Counted from the stretch's first letter, positions 1 through 11,403 are shown. The stretch: 64,000 nucleotides of DNA from Nitrososphaerales archaeon (GCA_965197925.1 CBDAOC010000020.1:512001-576000), one strand, 5' to 3'. Program-made: numbers and translations. Notes: generated from the sequence alone by a model not told the origin.

Positions 1-1
1 G

Positions 2-199
2 AAGATAGAGTCAGAGTATCACAAACTTGCCTGTGCACGCGGTGGTATAATAAAGGAAATTATACGTATAGAGCGAAAAGAAGAATCACATTTCCTTTTC
101 GAAGATGCTGATTTTTCGATTGCCACAATAAAACAATTAATTAAACAAGGAGAGGAAGATGCCAAAATTGTTATAGCTGGAAGAGAGAACATTTCATGA
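2..199 (+). CDS. 3' end of a gene entering from the left; resembles the C-terminus of a thaumarchaeal patatin-like phospholipase
   Basis: Frame open from base 2 to TGA 197-199, overlapping the next ATG (ATGA); ends ...FEDADFSIATIKQLIKQGEEDA... Confidence 0.5.
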   Translation, partial: KIESEYHKLACARGGIIKEIIRIERKEESHFLFEDADFSIATIKQLIKQGEEDAKIVIAGRENIS

Positions 200-1347
200 A
201 GCGTATCGATAGGGAGGCGCTGAAGCTTCACAATAACCTCAAGGGAAAGATTGAGATCACAAGTAGAATACCCATAAGAACATCAAAAGATCTGAGTCTA
301 GTTTACACACCAGGTGTGGCTGTGGTATCGAGTGAGATTCATAAGAACCCAAAAATGGTTTACGATTACACATCAAAGTGGAATAATGTCGCAATTGTTA
401 CAGATGGTTCCAGACTGCTTGGATTGGGCAACCTTGGGCCTGAAGCTGCACTCCCAGTGATGGAAGGCAAAGCCATAATATTCAAACAGTTTGGCAATGT
501 CAATGCATTTCCCATTTGCCTAGCAACACAGGAAAAATATGATATAATAAAGACCGTAGAACAAATTGCGCCAGTGTTCGGTGCAATAAACATAGAGGAT
601 ATTGAATCACCAAAGTCATTGGAAATAGTCGAGCAACTCCAGCAGAAATTAGGCATACCTGTTTTTCATGATGACCAGCATGGCACGGCTACTGTTGTAT
701 TCGCAGCCCTAATTAACGCATTAAGAATTGTAAATAAGGATATAAAGCAAGTAAGAATTGTGATCGTTGGTGCAGGCGCTGCTGGTTACGGCGTTGTAAA
801 GATACTTGAGAATGTAGGAGCTAAAAATGTTTTCGTAGTAGATTCCATTGGTATTATTAATAGAGAAAGAACGAAAAATATGAATCGTTACAAACTAGAG
901 ATTGCAGATATTACTAACAAGGACAAGATCAATGGTTCATTGAATGAGGCAATAAAAGGAGCTGATGTCCTAATTGGGTTATCGGGTAAGAAGAATTTGA
1001 TATCAAGAGAAATGATAGGAATTATGTCAAAGGATCCAATTGTGTTTGCTTTGAGTAATCCTGATCCAGAAATTATGCCAAAAGTTGCCAAGCAAGGTGG
1101 AGCGAGGATCATAGCAACTGGACGATCAGATCATTACAATCAAGTAAACAACGCCTTGATCTTCCCATTTATATTCAGGGCTGTTTTGGACTCAAGAATA
1201 ACAACCGTAAACCGGGAAATGCTCATTAATGTTGCAACTAGTATTTCTAAATTGATGGGGAAGAAGTTAAGCGAAAAGAAAATTCTGCCCTCAATTAAAG
1301 ATAAAAGAATTCCTTCCGTTGTTGCAAGATCGATAAAAGGACATTAA
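196..1347 (+). CDS. mae: NAD(P)-dependent malic enzyme
   Basis: YTPGVA, TDGSRLLGLG, VMEGKA, INIEDI, FHDDQHGT, GAGAAG, SNPDPEI, NQVNNAL motifs. Confidence 0.95.
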   Translation: MKRIDREALKLHNNLKGKIEITSRIPIRTSKDLSLVYTPGVAVVSSEIHKNPKMVYDYTSKWNNVAIVTDGSRLLGLGNLGPEAALPVMEGKAIIFKQFGNVNAFPICLATQEKYDIIKTVEQIAPVFGAINIEDIESPKSLEIVEQLQQKLGIPVFHDDQHGTATVVFAALINALRIVNKDIKQVRIVIVGAGAAGYGVVKILENVGAKNVFVVDSIGIINRERTKNMNRYKLEIADITNKDKINGSLNEAIKGADVLIGLSGKKNLISREMIGIMSKDPIVFALSNPDPEIMPKVAKQGGARIIATGRSDHYNQVNNALIFPFIFRAVLDSRITTVNREMLINVATSISKLMGKKLSEKKILPSIKDKRIPSVVARSIKGH

Positions 1348-1943
1348 TTTTCAGTATAACTATTTCTATACCATCTTATGTCCTCGAACCTACTGAACTA
1401 AGACGACCATAGAAATAAGAACTGTTCAGAAATATCTGGAATAATTTGGCAAAAATTGGTATTTTTCTTATTTTTATTAATATAGCTAAACAGGACCATG
1501 TCGGGATTAGCAACAAGAGAAAATTAGTTCCTCATTATTAGACTATTTGAAATAGTTCAGAATCAGTTTTATGGACTAGAGTAGAATTACAAAAAGAGCA
1601 TTTATCCACATCCTTATCAGGGGATTAGGAAGGCACAATCCAGAGGCAATTGGGCAAAAATGAAGATAAATCCAGTGTTTTTGTTTCATGATTTATTTCT
1701 AAAATCACCTTTATTCTAATATTAAAGAATTTCTAATTCTGTAACAAAACTTTATGATATAGTATACATTTTTTGGCAGAGTCTTTAGCAAAGATTAGGC
1801 TAACACAAGTGTTGTAATATTCATCGAGGATCAATGGGTAATACATCCCTAGAGTTATTCGTATAGTAACAGGTCAGGATGATAGTTATTTGAAGCATGG
1901 GCATTATTCCATATAACAAAAATAACTTGATGCCTCTGATTGA

Positions 1944-2994
1944 TTAGCTTCCCAACATATACTTCAATGCCCTTAATGGTCTTCCTGTCAAGTAGTTGTA
2001 GTATACCATCAGCTGGTATAGCAATATAGAAATCAGAACGATGCTCCTAGCTTTATCGAACCCTCTAACTGGCAATGGATCTATGGTAAATACATCCTTC
2101 ATATGCTCTATCAATGGCTCAACGCTTATGCTCTTCCGAGAATATACATGCTGTCCATATTCAGAGTTATAGAACTGCAGCAATGCCAGTCTATTATCTG
2201 TAGTATGCTTGTACCTTTCCAATGGGAATACTGGATGCCCTCTATACCTGCTGAAATCACATAACTTGTGATCATCATATCCTTCATCTCCTACAACATA
2301 CCTTACCATTCCTGTAGGCAATGAAGATGTTATGCTTTCATACATCTTGTTATCAGTAATGTTAGCTGTTGTGAAATCAGCTGATAATGGAACTATCAAC
2401 GAACCTGTGCTACATGCTAGATGCATCTTGTATCCGAATACCCATCCCTTGGTTCTGCTGTAGCCCCATCGAGCATCTGTATCTATACCGGAGCGTGGCA
2501 CTTCATTCTTCTTCATGCTAGATTTGTGCCATACATGTCCCTTTGCCTTCAACAAGGAACTGTCAACGGATACTATGGCTGGGTCTACCAACCCATCTTT
2601 TATGAAGAGCATACCCATCCCAAGTTTGCCCTTTATCCAGGGCCTTATCCCGCAAGTCTACCAACCCATCTTTTATGAAGAGCATACCCATAACATCTAT
2701 CCTTGATCTTATGTCAATTGATGGCCTTGAACCTTCTGTCGAATGTTCTTCTGTCTGGCAACCTATCCAAACCACATACCCCATTACCTTCCTGTTGTAT
2801 GGCATGTCTATCGAAAAGTATTCATGCAAAGCATTGTTGCTTGGTATTCTTACCCATACTCTAACGATGAAGCATCTCACCATTACTGTAGGAGAATAGT
2901 AGAATGGTCTACCCCTTTTCCTATTAGGTTTTGACCAAGGAATCACGTCAATCAAAAATAATATACGAAGAAGTATGGAGTCTGAGCTAAACAT
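1944..2994 (-). pseudogene. Transposase split by a 73-bp insertion and by compensating indels
   Basis: ORFs 2563-2994 and 1944-2618; VDSS...DTDARWGYSRTKGWVFGYKMH...GDEGYD...VEPL DDE motifs. Confidence 0.88.
2583..2691. repeat. 36-bp direct repeat / 37-bp unique insert / 36-bp repeat inside transposase (copy A)
   Basis: GTCTACCAACCCATCTTTTATGAAGAGCATACCCAT at 2583-2618 and 2656-2691. Confidence 0.95.
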
Positions 2995-3282
2995 ATCAAC
3001 AATAAAAACTAGAACCTGATCTTATCGTTTCGACCGGCTTAATTATGCCCAAGCCTCAATTAGATATTTCCCTTTGCATATGACTGATTAGTTTGCCTAA
3101 TCTTCGTATTTCTACAGCAATTAGACTGTTGGTGTTCACTCCAACTTTCGCCAAATTATTTTTGTGCTATTAGAGATATACTGTCCAATGTTATCTCTAA
3201 TGTAAGCAAATAATAAATAATTGAGGCTTGGGCGTAATTTAGTTCGAAACGATAAGATCAGGTTCTAGTTTTTATTGTTGAT

Positions 3283-4333
3283 ATGTTTAGCTCAGACTCC
3301 ATACTTCTTCGTATATTATTTTTGATTGACGTGATTCCTTGGTCAAAACCTAATAGGAAAAGGGGTAGACCATTCTACTATTCTCCTACAGTAATGGTGA
3401 GATGCTTCATCGTTAGAGTATGGGTAAGAATACCAAGCAACAATGCTTTGCATGAATACTTTTCGATAGACATGCCATACAACAGGAAGGTAATGGGGTA
3501 TGTGGTTTGGATAGGTTGCCAGACAGAAGAACATTCGACAGAAGGTTCAAGGCCATCAATTGACATAAGATCAAGGATAGATGTTATGGGTATGCTCTTC
3601 ATAAAAGATGGGTTGGTAGACTTGCGGGATAAGGCCCTGGATAAAGGGCAAACTTGGGATGGGTATGCTCTTCATAAAAGATGGGTTGGTAGACCCAGCC
3701 ATAGTATCCGTTGACAGTTCCTTGTTGAAGGCAAAGGGACATGTATGGCACAAATCTAGCATGAAGAAGAATGAAGTGCCACGCTCCGGTATAGATACAG
3801 ATGCTCGATGGGGCTACAGCAGAACCAAGGGATGGGTATTCGGATACAAGATGCATCTAGCATGTAGCACAGGTTCATTGATAGTTCCATTATCAGCTGA
3901 TTTCACAACAGCTAACATTACTGATAACAAGATGTATGAAAGCATAACATCTTCATTGCCTACAGGAATGGTAAGGTATGTTGTAGGAGATGAAGGATAT
4001 GATGATCACAAGTTATGTGATTTCAGCAGGTATAGAGGGCATCCAGTATTCCCATTGGAAAGGTACAAGCATACTACAGATAATAGACTGGCATTGCTGC
4101 AGTTCTATAACTCTGAATATGGACAGCATGTATATTCTCGGAAGAGCATAAGCGTTGAGCCATTGATAGAGCATATGAAGGATGTATTTACCATAGATCC
4201 ATTGCCAGTTAGAGGGTTCGATAAAGCTAGGAGCATCGTTCTGATTTCTATATTGCTATACCAGCTGATGGTATACTACAACTACTTGACAGGAAGACCA
4301 TTAAGGGCATTGAAGTATATGTTGGGAAGCTAA
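3283..4333 (+). pseudogene. Transposase split by a 73-bp insertion
   Basis: ORFs 3283-3714 and 3659-4333, identical translations to copy A. Confidence 0.88.
3586..3694. repeat. 36-bp repeat / 37-bp insert / 36-bp repeat inside transposase (copy B)
   Basis: ATGGGTATGCTCTTCATAAAAGATGGGTTGGTAGAC at 3586-3621 and 3659-3694; insert 3622-3658. Confidence 0.95.
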
Positions 4334-4753
4334 TAGTAATAATTTCAAAATAATATTATAATTGAATTATGCCCAAGTCTCAGTTAATTAGTGGTTATGT
4401 TAATGGAGCCTTTGGATAATTGCGGCTAATCCTTTAAGGGTTCTGTCTACTTGGATGAGAATACTATATTCAGTTGAGTTATGAACACGTTTCTTGATAA
4501 GTGTATGATTTTGTGTTTTCAATGTTGTTCTGGTGCATATAACATCCAGACTGGTCGGGATTTAGTATAGAGAGCTGATATTCACGGTAATTATTTACAA
4601 TAACAATCGATTAACTGTCTTTGTGATATAGTTTCTGTGAAGCCCCAATATATACAATAATTTATCAATATATTTATTGAAGAAGGATTATTATTACTTA
4701 CAATACAATTATCAAAAATAAAACTGAGCAAGAATTTTGATGAAATTTATAGT

Positions 4754-6232
4754 GTGAAAGATGAAATTCCTGTGTTTAGAAATTTCATAGGGGGAAAATG
4801 GGTTGAGTGTAGCTCCAAAAAATTTATCAATGTTAGGAGTCCTATTGATAATAGTATCATAGCATATGTTCCTGATTGCATTGAGAAGGATGTTGACTTG
4901 GCTGTCACTTCAGCGTACAATGCGAGGCAAACGATAAGGGATGTGCCTGGCATTGAAAGGTTAGAATTTCTTGAAGAGGTAGGGAAGATACTTGCAAAAC
5001 ATGAAGAAGATTTTATCAACACAATAATGCTTGAGGCTGGAAAGCCTAGGAAGGACGCCGAAGGCGAAGTAAAGGCATCGACTGAAAGGATATTACTCGC
5101 AAAGGAAGAAGCCAGTAGAATATTTGGTGAATACCTGCCTGGTGACTGGAGCCCAGATACTATTGGTAAGATTGCACTAGTGATCAGGGAGCCCTTGGTG
5201 TTATTGCTACTATCTCACCATTCAACTATCCACTCTTCATAGGCCTGGCAAAGATTGTACCTGCAATACTTGCTGGCAATACCGTGGTATCGAAACCACC
5301 AAGTGCAGATCCATTGGCATTAACGCTACTTGCTAGAATAATGGAGGATGCTGGTATACCTGAAGGAGTGTTCAACGTGGTTACAGGTTCTGGTGGAACT
5401 GTCGGCAATGCTCTGGTTTCTGACGAAAGAATTTCAATGGTCAACTTTACTGGCAGTACAGAGACAGGTAAGAGTATCTCAAGTAAAGCGGTACTGAAGA
5501 AACTTCACCTTGAACTTGGAGGAAAGGGTATGGTAATAGTACTCGATGATGCGGATCTTGAACTTGCGGCAAAGAGTTATGTTGATGGTGCACTAAAGAA
5601 CGCTGGGCAACGATGCGATGCAGTAAGTGCAGTTTTGGTGCAGGAAGGTGTAGCAGATCACTTTGTTAACAAGGTGTTGAAGCATGCAGATTCGTGGAAA
5701 GTTGGAGATCCTAGAGGTGAAGGAATCAAAATGGGTCCTTTGATCAGCGAGGAGGCCAGTATGTATGTTGAAGAACTCGTTAAAGATGCTGTAAAAAAAG
5801 GTGCAATAGTGCTGAAGGGAGGAAAAAGGAAAGGCAATTATTTTGAACCAACTGTATTGGACAAAGTTTAATTAAAGTCTAGGATAGCATGGGAAGAAAC
5901 TTTTGGTCCGGTTGTCACTATTGTTAGGATAAAGAGCGAAGACGAGGCGATAGATATTGGACAAAAGTCCAACTATGGTCTTAACTCCTGTATGTTCTCA
6001 AGTAACTTCTATCGTATGTGGAAGATAGCAAAAAGGTTACAGATTGGGGAGATAACTATAAACGATCTACCTAGACATGGAGTTGGTTACTTCCCGTTTG
6101 GTGGTGTGATATTCCGGGCGTGGAAGGGAGGGAATAGGCCATAGCATTAAAGAAATGACTACGCTTAAGACTATAGTATTCAATTTGGAACCCTGGCAGT
6201 TAGGAAAACCCAAGAAGATTGTAAAGGGTTAA
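4754..6232 (+). pseudogene. Aldehyde dehydrogenase (GAPN-like), disrupted
   Basis: FTGSTETG, LELGGK, NAGQRC, EETFGP motifs spread over frames; frameshift near 5195, stop at 5871, further shift near 6110. Confidence 0.9.
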
Positions 6233-6563
6233 CATGTTCTCTCATAAAGTAGAATGTTGTTATAACCAAAACCTATAATATTTTCATAAACTTCTCTTAA
6301 CTAATCAGATATCTGTTGTTATGAAGGAACTGGAATATCCTAGCTCATATTCTCATATTGAACGTATTGACACATGTGACCATATAACCACATCTTAAGC
6401 AGATTCGTTCTACACCCACAGTCGTTAAAATGTATATTATTTTGCTATAACGCCAATTGTTGTTTTAACTAGAACTTGCGATCACCCTTTTTCTCAGGTA
6501 AATTATAGATTATTGTTTATCCCAAGACAATTGTTAGCAAGAGCTTCAATTGAATTCCATATT

Positions 6564-6645
6564 CATAATATTCTTGGTACATAATCATTCTTGGTACATA
6601 ATCATTCTTGGTACATAATCATTCTTGGTACATAATCATTCTTGG
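6564..6645. repeat. 17-bp tandem repeat, about 4.9 units
   Basis: (CATAATCATTCTTGGTA)n. Confidence 0.95.
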
Positions 6646-6876
6646 AAAACAACATTAAATGCGTTAAATGCATCTAAACCCACTGTGGATTCAAATTCCA
6701 ACGAGCCCACCTCACCCAAATGAATTTCACTACATCAAGGTCTACTAATGGTAGCCAATAGAGAACTGTATTACCCTTCAGTTTCTAAAGACATCGATCA
6801 TTAGAAAAGATTAAAAATTGTGGGAATTGGTACAAAAATAAAGTTTATAATCCTGACAAATTAATTTATAACTTCA

Positions 6877-7377
6877 ATGAAAATTTCTGTGAGAATGTTA
6901 AAAGCATTGAATGAACAAATTTCAATGGAAGCTTATGCTTCAAACTACTATTTGTCAGTGGCATCGTGGTGTGAGGCAATCGGCTACGAAGGTTCGGCCG
7001 GTTTCTTTTTTAGACAGATAGATGAAGAAAGACAACACATGCTAAAGGTCATTCATTATTTAACTGGAATTGGAATAAATCCTGTAATACCTTCAGTAGA
7101 ACAGCCGCCAAAAACATTCAACTCACTGGAAGCTGCGTGTAAGACTGCTTTAAAGAATGAAGAAGCAGTTACAAAATCTATCTATAATATGGTAGAATTC
7201 GCACAAGAAGAAAAAGATTACAATACTTATAGTTTTCTTCAATGGTTTGTTGACGAACAAATGGAAGAAGAAAAATCATTTGGAGCCATATTGCACAAGT
7301 TTGATTTGATTGGAAGAGACAAATATGCAATTAATGAAATTGACAAGGCTTTGATGAACTTGAAAAGTATAACTTAA
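6877..7377 (+). CDS. ftnA: Non-heme ferritin
   Basis: LNEQISMEAYASNYY, EERQH, FLQWFVDEQMEEE ferroxidase motifs. Confidence 0.93.
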   Translation: MKISVRMLKALNEQISMEAYASNYYLSVASWCEAIGYEGSAGFFFRQIDEERQHMLKVIHYLTGIGINPVIPSVEQPPKTFNSLEAACKTALKNEEAVTKSIYNMVEFAQEEKDYNTYSFLQWFVDEQMEEEKSFGAILHKFDLIGRDKYAINEIDKALMNLKSIT

Positions 7378-7649
7378 GACGGTAACCAATACATCCTAGA
7401 CCATTTTCTGGATTATAAGTTCTACTTTGGTATTATAGGATAATATTATTGCGGTTCGTTTAAGATGTTATAACCAAACTTGGCACTCACTGTATATTGG
7501 TAGAGGGGTATAGTTGGAATTCTTAAAAGAGAGGGGATTAAATTACCAATAGGTAGGAATCCATACAACCTTTGATTGCAGATACTGCCTTCCCCTTCCG
7601 GTGAAAGATCATTATAGAACTCTATGCACCTTCCTGATAAGGTGAGAAA

Positions 7650-7822
7650 TTAAAATCCTAACCGACCAGCTCCAATTATAACAAGACCAACGGCAAGAAA
7701 AGTAAGATCGAGTCCGTAGCCTCTTCTCCCAATCAAATTTGAGGCTTATTATTCATGAAAATGACTCCAAATATAATCATTGACAGTAAGAAAGCTGGTA
7801 GTCTTGAAAAAACAACATTCAT
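7650..7822 (-). pseudogene. DoxX family remnant
   Basis: Minus-strand fragments FSRLPAFLLSMIIFGVIFM and GYGLDLTFLAVGLVIIGAG resemble the DoxX C-half at 28251-28685. Confidence 0.45.
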
Positions 7823-7882
7823 GATTAGAATTTTTTTATCGAACTCATAATTAGTAGATAAAGGGATACTTTTTTCAAATTA

Positions 7883-10228
7883 TTACTCCGTTGAGATATT
7901 CACAACCTTTGTAAATAGAAATTTCTTTTTCCATATAAGAACCACTACCATAGCTACAGAATATGCTGTAACCCCTGAGATCATTGACCATGATAGTCCG
8001 TACATGATTCCAATTATAGTAGCTAATACTGCTCCAAACACCGAGAACCCACCATTTATAGACCACATCCATGGAACATTTGTTGGCATCTGAGTTTTCA
8101 CAATACGAATTCCTGTTGGGAACGGCATTCCAAGGATGAAGCCCAATGAAGAAAGCATTATTACACTAACAGATATGCGAACCATAATCGATTCAGGCAA
8201 GATAGCTGAGATTATTGATTCCATCTTCCATGTATAGAAAAGTATTAACGCTGCGATTCCACTAATAACATAAAATAAATTTCTAGCAGTTAATTGTTTC
8301 ATTATTCTTGTGCTAGCTAAGCTTCCAAAACCTCCAGAAAGTAGTAATGTAAACAATAATACTGCGAGTGTATACGTCGGGTTACCTATAAGTAAGATTA
8401 GCTTTTGTAAAAGCGCTACTTCAATGAGCATAAAGCCAATGCCTAACGAAGCAAAATATGGAATAATATACAAAATATTTTTGCCCTGCCTCATTTTTTT
8501 AGGCGACATTTTGAACATTGGAACAAAAACAAATACCGTTACAATCGCAATACTAGCGTATAGAAGTTGTACCAGAATTTCCGGTAATGGTTTTTCAAAA
8601 GTAAGAAAGTAAGGACTGTCATCTGTTACAGGATGGACTCTATATTCGAAGAGAGAGTAGAAGTTTTCAAGTGTTATATCACCATTGAATAATTTGTCAT
8701 AAGGTTCTGACATAACGCGATTTGGAAGGAGTATTGGTTTGTAACCATTCGTTACGAATGAGTTTGATAAGAAATCTAGTTGTGATTCTGAAAAAGGTTC
8801 TTTGCTGAAAATAACTACCGTTATACTCGGATCTTCTGTGATAGATGTGTCTGTAACAATCACTAGATGTCTATATGATTCTTCGACGGGGATATCGTTA
8901 TCCTCAAGTAGTTGCACAAACGTGGAGACTAGTCTAGGAGAATCTATTAACCATCTAACTACGACTATGATACCGTTATCGCTAAGATGATCGTAATACT
9001 CTTGAAATCCTTCCATCGTGTAAAGATAGTTTTCCGAAAGACTCAATCCTCCAGAGGATACAGATGCCCAAGTATCGACAAATGGTATGTATATAACATC
9101 GAATCTTTGATTTAATCTAGTTACAAAGCTCCTTCCTTCATCGATATGAGCGTCAACATAAGGATGCTTGTAAACATTCCCAACCTTGGAACCATATTGG
9201 TCAACTGTATTGAAAATAATTGGGTTGATCTCAACAGAAGTTACGTCCTTGCTACCACTTGCTATTGCGGCTACGACATCCCTTCCCCCTCCAGAACCTA
9301 TAACAAGAACTTTAGGATCGTCATCTAGCCTAAAAGGCAGATATTGCATCCAAGTTGTTAATTCTTTTCTACTATTGGGATTTCCATCCCACAAAATAAC
9401 ATTCATTCCTGCTCCTCCATCTATGAACATTTTGGCAGCCAGTCCCTGATCACCATCACTACCTTCAACCACATCTATTCTAGAGAAGGAATTCCACTCG
9501 GTTTTTACAATCTTCGCTTCAGGATGTTGTTCCAAATATATTGGAAGATCCTTTTGTGAAGTTGAATGAGTATGAATGGAGAATAAATCAGTTGAATTAT
9601 TGACTACAACAAGTGAACAAGCAAATATTACAAATACGCCACTAACAATAATCATTCTTCTACTTTTGGACACGAAAGCGAATATAACACCCGCCACCGT
9701 GGCAACTAGTCCCACCAGTAGAGTGGTACTTTCGCCACCAAACAAAATCAATGAAGCAATCACTACAAGAGAACCAAATGAGGCTCCAAGTAGGTCTGCA
9801 AAGTATAACTTGCTAGCTATATGTGCAAACGTGTTAAATGATGTGGAGATAACTAGACCAATGAAGAAGAAGGGTATGGCGGAAAGAACCAAGAATGTTG
9901 ATACGTACTGCACTTGAGATGAAAGAGCCCGCATCACAAGCAAAATTATAGGTATGGACACAGCAATTGAAATCGAAGCCAGTATTGACAATTTGGTTGC
10001 CCATCTTCGATAAGAATATTTGGTAAAATGCAGGAACAAACCTGAAGAGCCCAGTCCTAATAGTGCCACCGAAACAGCGAGAAATGCATGGTGATACCAT
10101 ATAATACCGGAGAAAATCCTTGTGATAGAAATTTCAAGAATCAATCCTGAGAGGGAGACAAGAAATACAGCCGTTAAAACTAATCTCCGACTTGCTTCGA
10201 ACATGTCTTCTATTATCTGCTCATTCAT
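7883..10228 (-). CDS. Membrane-bound spermidine synthase-like SAM-dependent transferase
   Basis: N- and C-terminal TM bundles; central VLVIGSGGGRD, VEINP, DEGRSFV, ENYLYTMEGF, TDDSPYF. Confidence 0.85.
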   Translation of the reverse strand: MNEQIIEDMFEASRRLVLTAVFLVSLSGLILEISITRIFSGIIWYHHAFLAVSVALLGLGSSGLFLHFTKYSYRRWATKLSILASISIAVSIPIILLVMRALSSQVQYVSTFLVLSAIPFFFIGLVISTSFNTFAHIASKLYFADLLGASFGSLVVIASLILFGGESTTLLVGLVATVAGVIFAFVSKSRRMIIVSGVFVIFACSLVVVNNSTDLFSIHTHSTSQKDLPIYLEQHPEAKIVKTEWNSFSRIDVVEGSDGDQGLAAKMFIDGGAGMNVILWDGNPNSRKELTTWMQYLPFRLDDDPKVLVIGSGGGRDVVAAIASGSKDVTSVEINPIIFNTVDQYGSKVGNVYKHPYVDAHIDEGRSFVTRLNQRFDVIYIPFVDTWASVSSGGLSLSENYLYTMEGFQEYYDHLSDNGIIVVVRWLIDSPRLVSTFVQLLEDNDIPVEESYRHLVIVTDTSITEDPSITVVIFSKEPFSESQLDFLSNSFVTNGYKPILLPNRVMSEPYDKLFNGDITLENFYSLFEYRVHPVTDDSPYFLTFEKPLPEILVQLLYASIAIVTVFVFVPMFKMSPKKMRQGKNILYIIPYFASLGIGFMLIEVALLQKLILLIGNPTYTLAVLLFTLLLSGGFGSLASTRIMKQLTARNLFYVISGIAALILFYTWKMESIISAILPESIMVRISVSVIMLSSLGFILGMPFPTGIRIVKTQMPTNVPWMWSINGGFSVFGAVLATIIGIMYGLSWSMISGVTAYSVAMVVVLIWKKKFLFTKVVNISTE

Positions 10229-10273
10229 TTCTTATCCTGTGAAATGCATTTGTTATTAAGTGTTAGATTATTG

Positions 10274-11236
10274 GGCTTTGTAGAAACCATAGATTTTAGC
10301 CCGTTGTATATCGAATTGCACCATTAGATCAATGTGTTACATGCTATGCATGCTTATGCATGAAAGAATCGCGATACGCCAAACTTGCAAAAACAATACT
10401 TGATGTCTTGATATAGGCTAGAATCCCGCTGTACATGCACAGGAAGAGCAGCCATATCAATAAGGTATGACAACATATCATCTTACTAGCAGTTAGGCAG
10501 TATGAAGGGAAGAGCTATTGAGGGTTTGTGGAATGCCTGCATGAAGCATATTATCTAAGAATGGTTATGCAGTTGGACAAGGTGCTGCATTATACAACGC
10601 TTCAGGTATTTACTTCAAGATTCAAATGGTATCTACTGTACAGAATAGTATCTTCATTCATACTCCTTACCAAGATTAGAAAATTGTTGGTAGGAATAGA
10701 TGCTTCTGGATTCAGGTCGAGCAACGCATCGTCATACTATACGGATAGAACAGGAATAAGGAAGAAGTACATCAAGCTATCGATGGGTGCTGAATTAAGA
10801 GAGCAAATAGCATGTTCATTGAAGATCAGGCGTGCTCCTAAGCATGATACTGTAGATTTCAAACCCATTATGGAAAGAGCATCAAACATAATGCCATTAT
10901 CTATCGTTGTAGCAGACAAGGGCTATGATAGCGAAGCAAATCATGAATTTGTAAGAGAAGAACTTGATGCTGTTAGTATCATACCAGCTAGATATGAAGA
11001 TGTTCCAGTATGGAGAACACATGGAAGATACAGAAAGCAAATGAAGAGGAGATTCTACAAACAACTTTACTATCAGAGGAATAAGAATGAGACAATACTG
11101 TCTGTGGTAAAGAGAATGTTTGGTGAGTATATAACATCAAGACTGGTGAAGATGCAGAATAGGGAACTGATGTTCAGAGTGATAGCCTACAACATGCATA
11201 GATTGACTGTATTTATGGTATGGTTTCTACAGAGCC
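10274..11236 (+). mobile_element. IS5-family (ISH1/IS903-like) insertion sequence with 8-bp target site duplication
   Basis: TIRs GGCTTTGTAGAAACC / GGTTTCTACAGAGCC; GATTATTG at 10266-10273 and 11237-11244. Confidence 0.92.
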
Positions 11237-11403
11237 GATTATTGTTACAAATCCTAAATGGAATACAGTACAGCAATATAATAAATTCTCTTGTTGTTTT
11301 GAGATCAGGTAACAGATCTCCATTTACAATTTATCTACTGAGCTTGGAATTATCTATTAGTATTCAAAAACCTGTTTGGAATTTAAAAATACACAAAGGG
11401 TGA
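10360..11403 (+). pseudogene. IS5-family transposase with N-terminal nonsense codons
   Basis: GIDASGF, ADKGYDSE, YYQRNKNET; in-frame stops between ATG 10360 and 10528. Confidence 0.85.

Larger units (their letters stand above)
1892..3057 (-). mobile_element. IS982-like (DDE) insertion sequence, copy A, defective
   Basis: Terminal inverted repeats GAAGCATGGGCATTATT / AATTATGCCCAAGCCTC; encloses a split transposase. Confidence 0.88.
3223..4381 (+). mobile_element. IS982-like insertion sequence, copy B, inverted relative to copy A
   Basis: TIRs GAGGCTTGGGCGTAATT / AATTATGCCCAAGTCTC; encoded proteins identical to copy A. Confidence 0.88.

Noticed and set aside
2583..2691. Calling the repeat-insert-repeat a canonical CRISPR array
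   Set aside because: Only two repeats, no leader or cas genes, and the repeat is native transposase coding sequence. Reported as a candidate ectopic integration instead.
3070..4620. Rieske ferredoxin remnant split around IS copy B
   Set aside because: Only faint similarity (ILCFQC..GAYNIQTG) with many stops; not supportable without a profile search.
6564..6645. CRISPR array
   Set aside because: Units are contiguous with no unique spacers.
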